DNA of 64,000 nt from Phoronis australis (taxonomy: Eukaryota > Animalia > Phoronida), in contig NMRA01000417.1 in NCBI GenBank assembly GCA_002633005.1, positions 138,158 through 202,157 of the forward strand, read 5' to 3'. A model generated the notes under the pieces. The model worked only from the letters and a program-made list of their open reading frames with translations. It was not told where the DNA came from and did not search any database. A program made the translations under genes and the position numbers. Shown piece by piece: positions 1 to 13,487 of this stretch. Position 1 is the first letter of the stretch. Each line of letters starts with the position of its first letter.

Positions 1-254
1 ATTCGTTTCAAAAATGTTAAGGTGTGGGCACACCTTTTCTATTTATGACTATTACATATTGTATATTCTCAAAACTTTTGTGGGTATTGGTGGGGTCCAT
101 TTTGGAAAATAGTTCGTGGAGTCCTTGACTTCCAAATTAATTGTAATGCTCCTTGTTTTTTCACCCATATATTGCAATTTTAATATCAATAATAATTAAT
201 ATTGACGACAAAAGAGTTTCTTTGATTATTTTGAGAAATTCTTATGACATGCTT

Positions 255-400
255 ATAAAATATGGTCGCGCAACCATAGAATCTACAAGGTTGTTAACAG
301 GCCAAGGTGTATCTCGACATAGGACGACTTCCGTGTATCCAGAAATAAGTTGGAGAGTTATCTAAACCGGATAACGTTGTCTATTTTGCTGTCTTTTGTT
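255..400 (+). promoter_or_regulatory. Putative promoter/TSS region of the RhoGEF gene
   Basis: Locally CpG-rich relative to the introns. ETS-like ACTTCCG at ~327-333, just upstream of the candidate first exon. Confidence 0.25.
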
Positions 401-640
401 CAGTTGCTTAATAGTGCTTAATTTTTGCGTATGTTTCACCGTTTTGCTTATGAAAATGACCCTAGATTATCTTTCCAACTTACTCGACCCCAATCGGAAA
501 TAAAGCTCCCGACTCGAAGCTCGAACGGAGATTGCAAAACAAGAAAATTGAGGTGTCGTACGATTAATTGGGATTTAAAGAAAGCACTCGTTACCTTGTG
601 ATATCATCGCATGTAATGCAAATAACGCGGTTCTTCAGTT

Positions 641-657
641 ATGCCAGTTCATGAAAG
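641..657 (+). CDS. ARHGEF12: Candidate first coding exon (MPVHE-R) of the ARHGEF11/12-like gene
   Basis: ATG at 641 with an in-frame upstream stop (TAA 623-625) and a strong donor AAG|GTGAGC at 657/658. It ends in phase 2, like the short first coding exon of vertebrate ARHGEF11/12 (recalled), and is phase-compatible with the exons at 26771 and 44677. The surroundings are CpG-enriched. Inference only. Confidence 0.45.
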
Positions 658-1079
658 GTGAGCTCATGTAATCATTGTACTTCGAAAGTAGAAGTGTTTG
701 ATCGTTTGAGACGTGTGATTTCAAAGTGTTGTACTCGTTTGGACAGGTTCTCCATTATAGATGTGCTGCCCCCTTCAGCATTTGCTTTGCTGAGAAGAGT
801 CGTCATCTGTATCCTGGCTTTTGGCATCTTGTCTTCTAGTTGAACATTTTGAACTTAAGTACAACAGAATTAACAATTCATTGTTAACTGCAAAAACGAA
901 AAAGATGATACTGTTTGGTAGTTGTGAATTAAATTTTTGAAACTGAATTAACCATTAACGTTGTGGGTGTGCATGAAGGTGCGCCTAAGGCTAAATGTGG
1001 AGAAGGCACATTTGCCTTCTGAAAGTGTTTGAAATATCAGGCAGACCAAGAAATGGCACCGGTAGGATATATACGTATA

Positions 1080-1175
1080 CAGTTCCTGACTTAGAGAACC
1101 AGTTTCATTAACTGAATAACTGTCCCATTACTATTATTCAATGGTTAATCTGGTTCTCTAAATCTGGAACCACTG
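1080..1175. repeat. Short inverted repeat / MITE-like hairpin
   Basis: agttcctgacttagagaaccag near 1081 pairs with ctggttctctaaatctggaacc near 1150. Confidence 0.5.
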
Positions 1176-1389
1176 CATTCAACTGATGCGGTTCCAAAAA
1201 ATTCAGGTTCTAATGAGCTGAATTCAGTTTCTGTCACAGCTGCATTTTTATGGTACAACCTCATTTTTATATGTGCCATACCTAAGGTAGATAGAGTGCA
1301 ATTAAAAATCTCAAAGAGCTAACCACAAACAAGGCATAATATTTCTATAATGCATCTTAATCAGTCACCTTGGAGGATCCAGGAACTTG

Positions 1390-2328
1390 TAAGCAATGAC
1401 CATTGTCTCTGTTGGCCCGATCAGAGGCGACGCAGCTCCTATAGGCGCTCCATACGCCTGAAGCTTTTCAGCGAATTATGCCTCGCACCGACTAAAACAT
1501 CAAAGTCACGTTGTTATAAATACCTTTTGCGCATAGAGGAACACCTTACAAGGTTGTCGATGTGTTTATATCCTTCCAACTCGAACAAATACTCCCGTTA
1601 TCAAACTTTTTTCTTCAAGCAGTCCCTATTTCAGTTCCCAAAATCGTGAACTCAACATTTTTGCACTGCGCACGCCAAGAGATATGACCTCATTCTTTTA
1701 ACCAGGTCAGAAGTTGCGGTCCTACCGGCGAACTTTGAAAGCTGAAGTTCCTGCCCTCTGCGTACGTGCTGCCGGGAACCAGCCGTGCAATTGCCGTGTT
1801 GTTGAACATTAAAATGTCAAATATGTGCACAAAGACTATTAAATGTCATATCAACAGCATTTATTTTTTATCAAATGTAAACATTAATTCATTGAAATAC
1901 AATCAGTTTCAAGTAACGCCAATTAAAGACAAGTAGTGGTAGCATTTTGGAAAGAACATTTGACTGACAAGACCTCACCTTTGGCCTATTTAAAGATTGA
2001 GGTCATGAAGTCACAGCACCTAGCGAGCGTGGTAAAAATTAGAGCGTGCGCAGTATAAACATGGTGAGTTCACGATTTTAGGAACTGAACGAGTGACTGC
2101 TAGATCAAAAAGTTCGATAACGGGAGTATTGTTTCAAGTTGGAAGGAATTAAACACACCGACAACCTCCTTAAGTGTCCCTTGATGCGCAAAAGGTATTT
2201 ATAACAACGTGACTTTCATGTTTTAGCCAGTGCGAGGCATAATTTGCCGAAAAGCTTCCGGCGTATGGAGCGCCTATAGGAGCTGCATCGCCTCTGGTCG
2301 GGCCAACAGAGGCGATGGTCATTGCCTA
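1390..2328. mobile_element. Non-autonomous DNA transposon with ~290-bp TIRs and 9-bp TSD (Mutator-like)
   Basis: Termini TAAGCAATGACC...GGTCATTGCCTA. Long imperfect TIRs (1390-~1676 vs ~2043-2328). AGGAACTTG is duplicated at 1381-1389 and 2329-2337. Confidence 0.8.
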
Positions 2329-2569
2329 AGGAACTTGGTGACTGTATGAGGCATTTTCATCAATTTATGATCAATTATGATTAATCACCTGTACTTCATA
2401 GCCTGCCTGTGATTCTGGCTAATGTCCTGCTGCATCATACAGACTATTCATCTCTCTCAGATTTATGTTCCCCTTTCCANNNNNNNNNNNNNNNNNNNNN
2501 NNNNNNNNNNNNNNNNNNNNNNNNNNNNNNNNNNNNNNNNNNNNNNNNNNNNNNNNNNNNNNNNNNNNN

Positions 2570-3240
2570 ATTTATTTATTTATTATTGTGATATTTAAAA
2601 TGAGGGTGGCCTCTTCAGTGATAGCACTGCTTTCCAAGAGGGCCCTCAACAAGAAAAACAGTAATATAATACAATGAAGTAATAAAACAACAATGAAATA
2701 TACGTAACAAAGATACAATTAAAACAGTTAAGGTTGAGAATTAAGACAATAACTAAATGACAAATAATGGTAAAAAAATTAACTAAGACAGATGAAATAA
2801 ATTAAGAGATGACTCTAGACAATGAGAGTATTTACGACAATGAAAAAATGACATGATTAAGATAGATTTCGTGGCTTTAAATTTATTATTCAAAAACTGA
2901 AATGACAGTGGAAATAACCCAGAGGCTCGATTGATAAGTTGTGAAAAGTGGCATCGCATGGGAGCAGGGTTGGTCTGTGTGCTAGCAAAGAAATATGTCC
3001 ATGAGACATAGAAAATGGTGTGATAAGGTGAATCTGCATCTGCAAGAGGGACAGAGTGTGCATTGGAAAAGAGTTGTGCTTGGGCAGGTCCAAGTCGCAA
3101 GCGGCTAGTTGCTTAGGGTGTGTAGGTAAGAGTTTTGAGACTGTAATAGTCAGTTTTGTTAGTATTTATTACAAGACAGGCTGTTGTTCATTATATTCTT
3201 CCGGTTTATTCGAGGCTATTTATATAACACTGCCTAATCT
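2570..3240 (-). mobile_element. Degenerate 3' end of a non-LTR retrotransposon (L2/CR1-group-like)
   Basis: Minus strand gives a frameshifted RLRLG...LCPSCRC...HHFLC C-terminal zinc-knuckle-like remnant, then a GGGCCCTCTT...AAGAGGCCACCC stem-loop and an (AAAT)n tail running into the gap. Confidence 0.45.
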
Positions 3241-6200
3241 TTAAATTAATATTTCCTAAAAACAATTGCTTCACATCAAAAGTTATGAGTAAGGTATGGT
3301 TAAAGGCATATTTTTGGCATTTTAAACCTGAGTACGAGTGTGCATTTGGACCTTGGGTGTAATGTTGTGCTCTTTTTTCTGAAGTGAGGTGTAGTCCAAT
3401 TTAGTTGTGGCACAGACCAGAACAAATTATGCCTTTTTTTAGTCAGATGAGTAGAATAGTACATTGTGTCCAACTTAATGTAGTGGTAAGGTTACATGAA
3501 AGTTATCCATACACATTTTAATCGTAATCCTTGTCTTGTCTTCGATCGTATCACATTGTCTTTTTAGCTGTTCAGGAGAAAGTTTTTGTTTCCCTCATGC
3601 AAAACATTTCCAGAAATTTCCTTGGTTAATTTAAGCACCATGCATTGCCATGTGTTTGATACCTCTCTTTTGGTTCATGTTTTGGTATGAAACCCAATAA
3701 TGTTGGTGTTTTATACTGTGAGTTAAGTGTTCCTAAAATTTACACATGATAAAACCACGGCTGGATGGAATGGAATTCCTGAATTGCTTCAATAGGAAGA
3801 TTTACCATGAATAACTTGATTTGTTCCAGTTTAGTTCGTGAATCTTGTCTTGACCTAATTATTCCTAGGTTTCAGGAATTTTGTAAGGTCCATAAATATG
3901 ACTTTTCTCAGGACAGTTTTCTATGTCTTGTCAGACACCTATTAACATGTTCTTTGGTTTGTTTGGTCTTTTGTAAGGTACCTTACTAGTGTGTTATGTG
4001 TGGAGAGGGTTTATTGGCTGTTGTTTCCACTTAGCATTAATTAATGAAGAGGACCATCTGCTTGTCTTGTACTACTGTACATTTTTATTATCCATAATCA
4101 CAAAAAAGATTGATTTTTTCAATGACTGACAGTTATTAACTTTAGTGTTAATTATGATTAACAGAGTTTGAATGAGAGTCACGTCAGTCTTATCTGCTGG
4201 CATACATGGCTTTTGAGTAAATGGCGTATCAATGGAGCTGCATGTTGTGTATCTATGACTTGATTTTCTTGTGACCACTAAAGGTAATTGTCAAAGTCAG
4301 GTCACGATAGTAAAGTTACGATGGTATTTTCAGTATTTATTTCATTTTTTCAGTGATGTTTTCATACTTCATCTTATTGGAAGACCATTCCATTTTCATG
4401 TGAAAGTCGACAATTTTCATGCAACCACGGCAAGCCAAGCATCAAGCCGCTTGTTTTAGGACACATGATTTTCAATAGTTTGGAAATGGAAGAAATTATC
4501 ATGGACAAGTACGAAAAGGAAGGATTTCTGGGCTTGACTTAAAATGCTGGTTTTATTATTAATATTTTGAATTTGAATTAAGTAAAAGTCTTTTCTGTTA
4601 GGGTCTGACTGTCCATTATTAATTAGGCCTAGGAAATAGGAATCGATGCATACTGCTTCCTAGATTATGCCAAAGGTGATGTGAGATGACGTCACTCTCC
4701 TTTGTTTGGAGTTAGGAAAACTATGCATTGTGCATATAATAAATAGTGAACTCTCAATGTGGCCATGTCCTGATTGGGATCAAGGTTCAGAGAAGTTGGT
4801 GGATCACTTACATTGGGACAGATCAGTCTCCATTTAAAATAATTCTTAGGAAAATGGATCAATAGGCCAAAACTGAGTTTGGTTTCCTTTTAAATTTTAA
4901 AATTGAAGTGACAAACAGAACTTGCAAAGGCCCTTCATGGAAAAGTCTTGATTCATCAGTCTTTTGCCTTGAGAAACGCGCCGGTCACATGTGATAAAGA
5001 GTGCTTTGCAACTGTTCTGTTCATGCTGCAGCAGGTTTAACTCGTCCAGTTATCTGAAAATTGAAGTTACTGGGAAATAGTATGGTATTTGCCATACAGC
5101 CATCAAGTGTGCAAATCAATAGATAGGTAAACTTTCTTCAATAAGCTGAATACCAGGCTCAGTCTAAAGGCCAGACTCTGACTTAGTGCCAAACATGGGT
5201 GAATGGAATCTTTCAGAAATACCAACTTAACTGGATATCCCTGGGTTGAAAGCAACTGTCAGAAAATAAAAAAATTCAGACAGCGGTGTGAATTGCAAAA
5301 GGATATAAGTGTTAAATTGTAGGAATTTGCCAGCTGCTGGTTCCAGTGTATATCCTGAGATGTACTGTCATCTCTACCTTTCCCCTGTTAACTATTGAGC
5401 AATTACTGTACTAACACTTCGATTGAAATATTACTTAAACTTTGACCCCATGTTAGTTGGTGAGCCCAGTGCCACAGTTGGATTGGCCACCCTGCCTAAG
5501 AGATGCATCACCTTGATAAATGACTGTTTTATGGTCATTGCTACAGCTCATATCAGTCTAATTACCTCTGGGGACTGGTCATCCAGCATTTCAGTTTCCT
5601 GTAACACACTATAGAGGACCCCCACTCTTGTGTTTTGAGGGATGGTCTCCCTATCTTCAGATTACCTTCATTCTGAAATTTGACACAAAACCCAATGCAC
5701 TCAACAGAGACAAAGGGCAAGTAAGTGGTTATATTCAATTTCCATTTCGTCACCCCTTTTTCGTTCTCATCTCCCTTTTGTTTCATTTGTGCATTAAATT
5801 TCTAACATTTTTACTCACATGATAAAGAACTGCATACAGGCTTGAAACCCAATGATTTTATGTGTTTGCACTGCTGGAAAATAAAGGTGCGTTCTATGAC
5901 CTACCTGTGCTGCATGGTCCTTACTGCAACCAATATCTGTCTTTAATGCCTGGAGACTGGTCAATTTGAGCTGTGGTCATTCTACACTGCCCTGTAATTT
6001 GCCTTAGGTCCCATTTACTCAGGAGACAGTTGTCTCAGAGCGACTAATGGGGAACAGCTGATCAGGCACAGTGCATGTGTAAACATGACTGACATGGAAC
6101 AAGTTGACACCCTGGCAGCCATTTTTTACTCCAGTTGATAGGTAGAACAAGTTGCACTTGATCGGTTGCTCTAGTTTCAACTGCACGCCTCGGCACAAAC

Positions 6201-8760
6201 TGGGGCAAGGTAGAAGATATCTCTGTTGAGTCCTACCAGGTCACCCTGCTAAACCCTAGAGTCAAGTTTCTAGCTCCTGGAGCTCAGCTATAACTACATT
6301 AATAAAGTATAAAAATGGTTCTAGTTGATCAGTGCAATGGGCTCACATGTGCGACCTGTGCACGTCTGGTACAATGTGTATCAGACCGCCTGCAATTTTT
6401 TTGTTTTTATTGTGCAAATGCAACTGAAGCGCCATAACAACTCACACCATGACAACTGTTGTCTTTTAAAAGTAGCTTTACTGCTGCCCATATCTGTCTG
6501 AGATGCCTCTTCACTGGTCTTTTTGACCACTGGTCTTTCACTGGTCATTGTGATCAAGCAGCACCACTTGCTTAGAAGTCCTATCAGAACATACTAATAC
6601 CTGCACTGACCAACTTTCCAGGTTCTGCACTCCAGCTGAATACTAAGTGAATAGCATATTGTGAAATGTGTTGTACACCTGAGGCCCCAAGACCCCCTCC
6701 TACTTCTGGTGGGATTAGATTTTTATGGAACACTGCCTGGGTCTCATCTCGAGTATCACCATTGGGGTTCCCCATATCAGGTCCTTCTGGTTTTTGCTAA
6801 AGGATTCTGATTTCCGACTATTACGGACCGTAACCTCCTGTGGTATTTTGAGTGCCTGCTCGGATGTCATGGTGGCATGGAATTATGACTGGAAATTAAG
6901 AATCTTTCGGCAAAAAACATAAGAGATCAATTATGCCTTGTCTGCCTCTGTATGTCTAGTGTCCTTAAAAATTTGCTGAGTTTGTTGGCTCTTGACTGTT
7001 GAACATTGTTGGTATCCATGTAGAGGGACACTTTGCTCTTGAGGGATGTTACACATGTGCGCTACAACTTACCTCGGTTTCAATGAATTAAGGTAAACGT
7101 GAAATGCATTCTTTGTTTAGTTTGATTCATTTTGCATGTGAATTGCTCAGTCAATCACATTTGGTGACGGTTACTATTTGAATTACCGTCCTGTAGTGAA
7201 AACAAACTGTCATTGAAGCATTCCCGTTCTTTTCTAATTTTTTACCATTTCGCATTTGTTACAGACGTGTTTCAATAATAAATTTCTGATGTAGCAGTGG
7301 CAACCTGAAGTACGCCTTGTCGCTAGATGGCGATAGTGATTGTTGGACAGTTCATAACACTAAGAATTGTGGGATTACACTGGCCTCATGTTTTACCAGA
7401 AATTATTTTTGTATTAGTATCTGGTATTACAAGGTGTGGTTCATTATAATTAGGTCATTGTTATCTCTGGAGCTGAGGGTCATAGGTACAATTATTATTA
7501 CCAGTAGTCTATAGTGGTTTTAATCCTATTTTTTCTGGTTCATTCGACTGCCTTCAAAATAGTTCTGTTGTTCAGAGGTGAGTAGTCACCCTTCATGCTG
7601 TCACACTAGGCATGTATGGTTACACTGGGTTGTTATGGTAGGGGGACAGATGAATGACACTGCTGCCAGGGAGTATTGAGGTGTTCTGGGTTTTAATTGT
7701 TCAATTGAGGAAACCTGTTGTCAATAGGTGTTGTGCTTGCTTTGTGACAGTGAGCTGTGGTTTGAGGCAGGGTTAGCTTCTCCTCGCTGATTAGTTAGTA
7801 CCACTTAAAAAATTAATTTGAATCATTTGTTAGTTTTACTTTTGATCTTGTTATGTTTTGAAGTGGGCTGATGCTTCAAATAGTTAAATGATCAATAATT
7901 TTCAGATATACACTAAATTGTGCTGTACGATGACTGCTCATTGCTCATGTATGTTAAATCTCGGAACTCGTGTATACTCAGGTGTACAGTGTATTCATTG
8001 CGCACAGATGTGATCACTATGTCACATTGGGAGCCCTCATGCTCATTTTTTGATTGATTGTCATATCAGTTAGGACTGCAGTGCTTTCATTAGTCTCTCT
8101 CGTCCTGTAAAATATTGGCTGGGGCACCACTCTAGGATTTTTTAGAGCTCAATCTTGCCATTTTTAGAGAAATTACTATGATTGACAAATGGATTTTGAA
8201 TCAAGAATACAGAATACTGTGGTCTCCCGTTCAGGATTGATCATTATGCTTCACATGTCTCTATTGTGCTCATCCTTAATCCTGGCGACGACACGTGTAT
8301 GTAATACTTGTATTTTTTAATTTACAAACTTTTCCATGTATCTCGAATATCTGTCATCACCTGACTTTCTTTAACAATAAAAATCATGTCGTGGACGTGA
8401 ACTAATGTTACACAGCCACTGTTACTTTTGTCCCCTGCTTTCAACAGTCTTTTTTCCTTGTTCTATAAACGTAATTCATGAGGCGGACATTAAAATGCAC
8501 AGCGAGGCTTACTATGATAAACAAAGCAGAAGTTGACATTGTGTGAGTTAAATGGCCGGTCTTTCGCGTCCAACATGGGTATTAAATCTTAAAAATATGT
8601 CGATAATTAACCACAGAGACATAGAACAAAAGCAACGCGGAGCATTGAAATGTGCCCACGAATGCATCGCAAATGGTGTGCTTTTAGGGTTGCTTATTTG
8701 TGTTATAAAATGGGCACTAGATGGCGCAAAAACATACAATCCGTCCGAAAATGGGAACAT

Positions 8761-9799
8761 AGACCCTATTCACGCCGACAGGAGGCGCATTCCAAAACTA
8801 GGCTCGCTACGATAGCTCTGTTAGCTTATCGGCATAGTTCTGTGTTTCAGACCGTGTTGTTCCGCGAACGACTAGAAAAAATACGGACACGCAACTGTCT
8901 GCTTCACAATCTCTAAAGACGTTGAGATTCGGAAGCGTTGGGTCGTTGCCGCGACGAAGCAAAATATGTCCGTGTAAAATTTATAAATGTTTTTGAAAAG
9001 TTAGATCATATTTTGTCGCATGTCGGTCAGTTGTTAAGCATCATAGTAACGACCGGAGAATGGGCCANAACGATGTTATGTTTTGGACGAACGAATTAGG
9101 TGTTTTAATTTTAAAATTCAACTTGGTCCAGATTGATATCTAACACATGAAATAGACGTAAGAATTATTACAACCAAGAAAGCATTGATGGTCAAATAAT
9201 TTTTATTTTCAATTACGAGCCTGGTTTTTCATTTTAATAAAAATATATTTAATAACATCAACTATGCTTTCAGACCAATGACAAATCAACTGTTAGTGCC
9301 AGTGAGTGCATAGGATCAGGCTATGCTTGATGTTAATATTCTTGATCAACAAATTAAACCAGATGTGACTAATTGCACATGACAGACACCACTGTCGAAT
9401 ATGTCTTCAACTCGTCAACAATACGAGCAGATGACCTGGTCCGCATAGAAAGTATTTTGATCAACAATTTACAAGAAGAAACGTAACCCTGCATTCAGCA
9501 TAATACCTAATCCGTAACACTACGATCGCAGCAATTTGGACATATTTACTTTTCATATTTCGAACCTAGTTTTCCGAAAAAAATTAAACCCTTTCGTCAG
9601 ACAACTCTTTGGCGCCTTAACTTGTTCTCTAATGTAATTTTCTACGTCTCTGTGGTTAATTGTCGACACATCATTAAAATTTAATATCCAGGTTGGACTC
9701 AAACGACCGGCTATTTAACTCGCGCAATGTCTACTTTCGCTTTGTTTATCGCAGTGAGCCTCGCTTTGGATCTTAATGGCCGCCGCGTGAATAGGGTCT
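8761..9799 (+). mobile_element. Non-autonomous TIR transposon, AT TSD (ISL2EU-like), with THAP-like remnant
   Basis: TIR AGACCCTATTCACGC...GCGTGAATAGGGTCT. AT is duplicated relative to the uninterrupted HINE sequence GGGAACATG. Remnant ...CFTISKDVEIRKRWVVAA at ~8897-8952. Confidence 0.8.
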
Positions 9800-10025
9800 A
9801 TGGCATTGCTTCTTTAATAGAAAGCTGTACACAAAATTCCAAGTTTCATAGAAATCCGCCAAGGAACGTCAGAGAATCAAAGGAAAACGGAATGAAATGA
9901 AACTGCCATTAGGGGGCACAGTGTTCATTGGATCCGCCTGAAAGTCATTGTTTGTTGTTCGCTTCATATAAATACACTTACTAAATTTAATAAAGATCCT
10001 CCAGTGGGTTTAGGAGATACAGTTA

Positions 10026-11156
10026 CCGGGGTTTTCCGTAACGCCCATGTGCGTTGATTCGGAAAATTATGTCGAATAAGCGCCCCTTGGCGTTTATTTG
10101 GTGTTGCAACTTCTCGTGTCAAGTGTCCAGATAGTGCTGCATTTATTTGGATTCTGTTTAAAAGCCCACTTAGCGTCAACTTTTAGTCACAAAGTCAGTT
10201 TTGTGGAGCATTTATCAATTATGAAAACAAATGAAGTGTTGCTGAACTATGCATATAAAATTTTTAAAAACAGTTTTAAATAAAAAATCAGCCACGAAAC
10301 CTCTTAATCTACGTGTATTCAGTTTATGTCAATGTTTTCATCCAGCTCCTCCTCGGAATTTCTTTCCACCTCCGAGTCGCTGAAGGGATCCCGTGACTTG
10401 CTGTCATTTTTTGGTTACCCGGCGCGTTGTATCCCATCAGTTTGCGAATCCAGGGTTGAATAATACGGTAAAGACCATTTGTCCATCAACATTCGAATGC
10501 TCTGATTATGATGTCTTGCGGGATTTTCCGCATGGCTGAAGATGCAAAACCCAGAAGTTTCTCGTAGGATGGGGGGCTGCAATGCCCGCAGACTGAACGG
10601 GACCGCTGGCCGAAATGTAAATTATCAATGTCTTTGCCATAACCAGCCAGCTAGATGCATGAAGACTGTTGTCAAAATAAGCTTGGTAGCAATGTATGTT
10701 GAGTTCCATTAGACCCCGAAATTTCACACGCTCGAACTTATTTTTCACAATATTATACGTGGTGGCAGTATTGAAGCCCAAGTTCAGAGATTTTCTACTA
10801 AGCATCCTTGGGTGCTATCACCTTTGCCACAAGGAGGTCTAGAAGTGTCATGCACATTAATTTTCTTGTCTCGCTGGGCAGATATCGCAAAAATTGATAA
10901 GTTGCTACACAATTAGCGTTGTTAACAGGTATCAACAGTCCTCTTAAGGACTACCAATACACCCAGAAGGGCTGTTTCACTTACAAAAACACATATCGCG
11001 CATCATGCTGGTAATTACGTAGCCAAAATTATGACTTTCCGTTTACACACCCCCTTTTCTGAATAAACGCCTGGGCGTTTATTGGTGTTAGTAAAATGCC
11101 TTAAAATTTTCACTTTCCGAATATACGCCCAGGGGCTTATCTACGGAAATCCCCTG
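10026..11156. mobile_element. Non-autonomous Tc1/mariner (pogo/Tigger-like) element, TA TSD
   Basis: TIR C(C/A)GGGG(T/A)TTTCCGTA, TA on both sides, splits the HINE sequence GATACAGTTA|TGGGCGC. AATAAGCGCC-type subterminal motifs. Confidence 0.75.
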
Positions 11157-13173
11157 TATGGGCGCAAAACAAAACTACCACTGGGAGGATCCAGAGTAGT
11201 CAAAGTTGTCATCATCAACCGTCCTCTTTTCACTGTGAACATATATGCCATCCTTAGAATGATTTGGTTGATAGAGAGGTGGATGCCAAAAACAGACTCG
11301 AAAACAGCAAAAATGGCCACTAGGTGGCGCAAACCTTGATTCTATCCAAAAATGGGAAGATAGCGTCATCTCATCAATAGATGCCCGTATTCAAAATTTT
11401 ATGAAAATCTGTTGAGGACAGAGGTAAACGCAAAACTTAAATTGTCATCAGGGGGCCTACCAGTACTCAGATCCATACCAAAATAATCGCTGTTCTTTGT
11501 CAACATCGTATAAACACACTTCTTAAATTTAGTAAAGATCCACAAATGGTTAAGGCGCTATAGCTATGGCCACAAAAAAGAAACTGCCACTAGGAGCCGC
11601 CACAGTAGTCGAAGTCATTGAAAATTCATTGTCATCCGTTCACATCAAAGTAAAAAAATAAATGCCAATTTTCACAATTATCCTGAAAGTGGTTTGGTTT
11701 ATAGAGGGGTGGACTCGAAAACAGTAAAAATGGCCACTAGGTGGCGCAAACTCTGTCGAATCCATCTAAAAATGGAAAGATAGCATCACCTCACTAACAG
11801 AAGCCTGTACGCCAAATTTTATGAAAAAACGTTGAGGACCTTTGAAGATTCAGAGGAAAACATACAAAAATAAAATTGCCACCAAGTGGCACACCAGTAG
11901 ACAAATCTGTCTGAAAGTCTTCGTCCATTGTCAACATCATATAAATGCACTTACTAAATTTAGTAAAGATGCTGCAAAACGGTTAAGGAGATCAAGCTAT
12001 AGGCGCAAAAAAAAACAAAACTGCCACTAGGAGGCGCCACAGTAGTTGAAGTTGTCGGAAAATCATCGTCAACCTTTATCTTCATAGTAAAAACATACAT
12101 GCCAGTTTTCACAATCATGCTTAGAGGGGTTTGGTTTGATTGAGGGGTGGACATCAAAAAAACAGACTCGAAAAGAGTAAAAATGGCCACCAGGTGGCAC
12201 AAACTACGTCGAATGCATCGGAAAACGGGGGGATGTTGTTGTTTCACTAATAGATACCTATATACCAAATTTCATGAAAATACCTTGAGGATCTCTGAAG
12301 ATACAGAGGTAAACATAAAAAACTAAAATTGCCCTAGGGGGCACACCGGTAGTTGGATCCGTCCAAAAATTAGCTCATGCCTTCCCATCCATGAAAGGTA
12401 TACACGTGCAAAATTTCATGAGCATACCTCTATCGCTTTTGGAGATGGAGCAGCGGACGCCGTCCGGACGGACGGACCCAGATGACGGCATAATGCTTCC
12501 ACATATAAATAAGTGGGCGCATAAAAATACATTAGAGAACATGTCAATGCACCAAAGAGTTGTCTGATGAAAGGGTGTAAGTTTTTTTCGGAAACTAGGT
12601 TCGAAACATGAAAAGTAAATATGACCAAATTGTGTCGATAGTAGTGTTACGCATTAGGTAATGGTGAATGCAGGGTTACGATTCGTCTCGTAAATTTTTG
12701 ATAAAAATGCTTTACACACGAACCAGGTCATCTGCTCGTATTGTTGATGATACATTCAACATTGGTGGCTCATCCCATTTTGCTGTCATGTGCAAATAGT
12801 CACATCTGGTTTAATTTGTTGATCAAGAATATTATTCATCAAGCACAGCCTAGGTCCTGGTGAGGTAGGGACTACCTGGACCGACTAACAGTTGATTTCT
12901 CATTGACTTGAAAGAATAACTGATGTTGTTTAATATATTTTTATTAAAATAAAAAACCAGGCTTGTAATTGAAAATAAAAATTATTTGACCATCAATTCT
13001 GCTTTCTTGATTATAATTCTTACATCTATTTCATGTGTTAGGTTTCAAATATCAATCTGGACCAAGTGGAATTTTAAAATGAAAACACCTAATTCGTTCG
13101 TCCAAAGCATAACCTTATTTTAGAGCTCAATTTCAGTTAACTGGACAGAGCAAGCATAGTTTTCATGTTTCTT

Positions 13174-13487
13174 CAGGGGCCTCGTTCATCTGAGGGGAAA
13201 GGTGCCTGTGCCTTCTGAGAGGGGAATTTTTTGCCGAGTGAGGGGAAAAATCTACCTCAGGATCACCATCGGAATAGCACCACCGCCCTGTTGCAAGCTC
13301 TCATAAGCTCTGTTTCAAGTAGCATTTTGTGCTCTTTCAAATTGTCACCTGTGTGGTTACAGGTGACTTGAACTTCAGAGAGAAATTTTCAATCACTAGG
13401 GCCAGGAATTTTTTGGCCTCGTGGGGGGAATATCGTGTTATTTTTCAATATTTTTGAGAGGGAATGGGGAAGGGATTGAGGACCCTG
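13174..13487. mobile_element. Small hAT-like MITE remnant
   Basis: Termini CAGGGGCCTC...GAGGACCCTG. The flanking 8-mers match only partly. Confidence 0.35.

Larger units (their letters stand above)
8626..12526 (-). mobile_element. Non-autonomous Helentron (HINE/DINE-1-like) copy, interrupted by two DNA transposons
   Basis: Subterminal IR ATGCGCCCAC/GTGGGC(G/A)CAT, GTCC microsatellite near 12465, ~150-bp tandem core, 3' hairpin CAAYGCTC..GCGTTG. Inserted in a T/A run with no TSD. Confidence 0.85.

Noticed and set aside
2409-2677. ORFs across 2480-2569
   Set aside because: They read through an N gap.
6045-6180. Old dispersed repeat also seen inverted at ~36420-36535 and partly at ~42375
   Set aside because: The similarity is real but short; no boundaries or class could be assigned.
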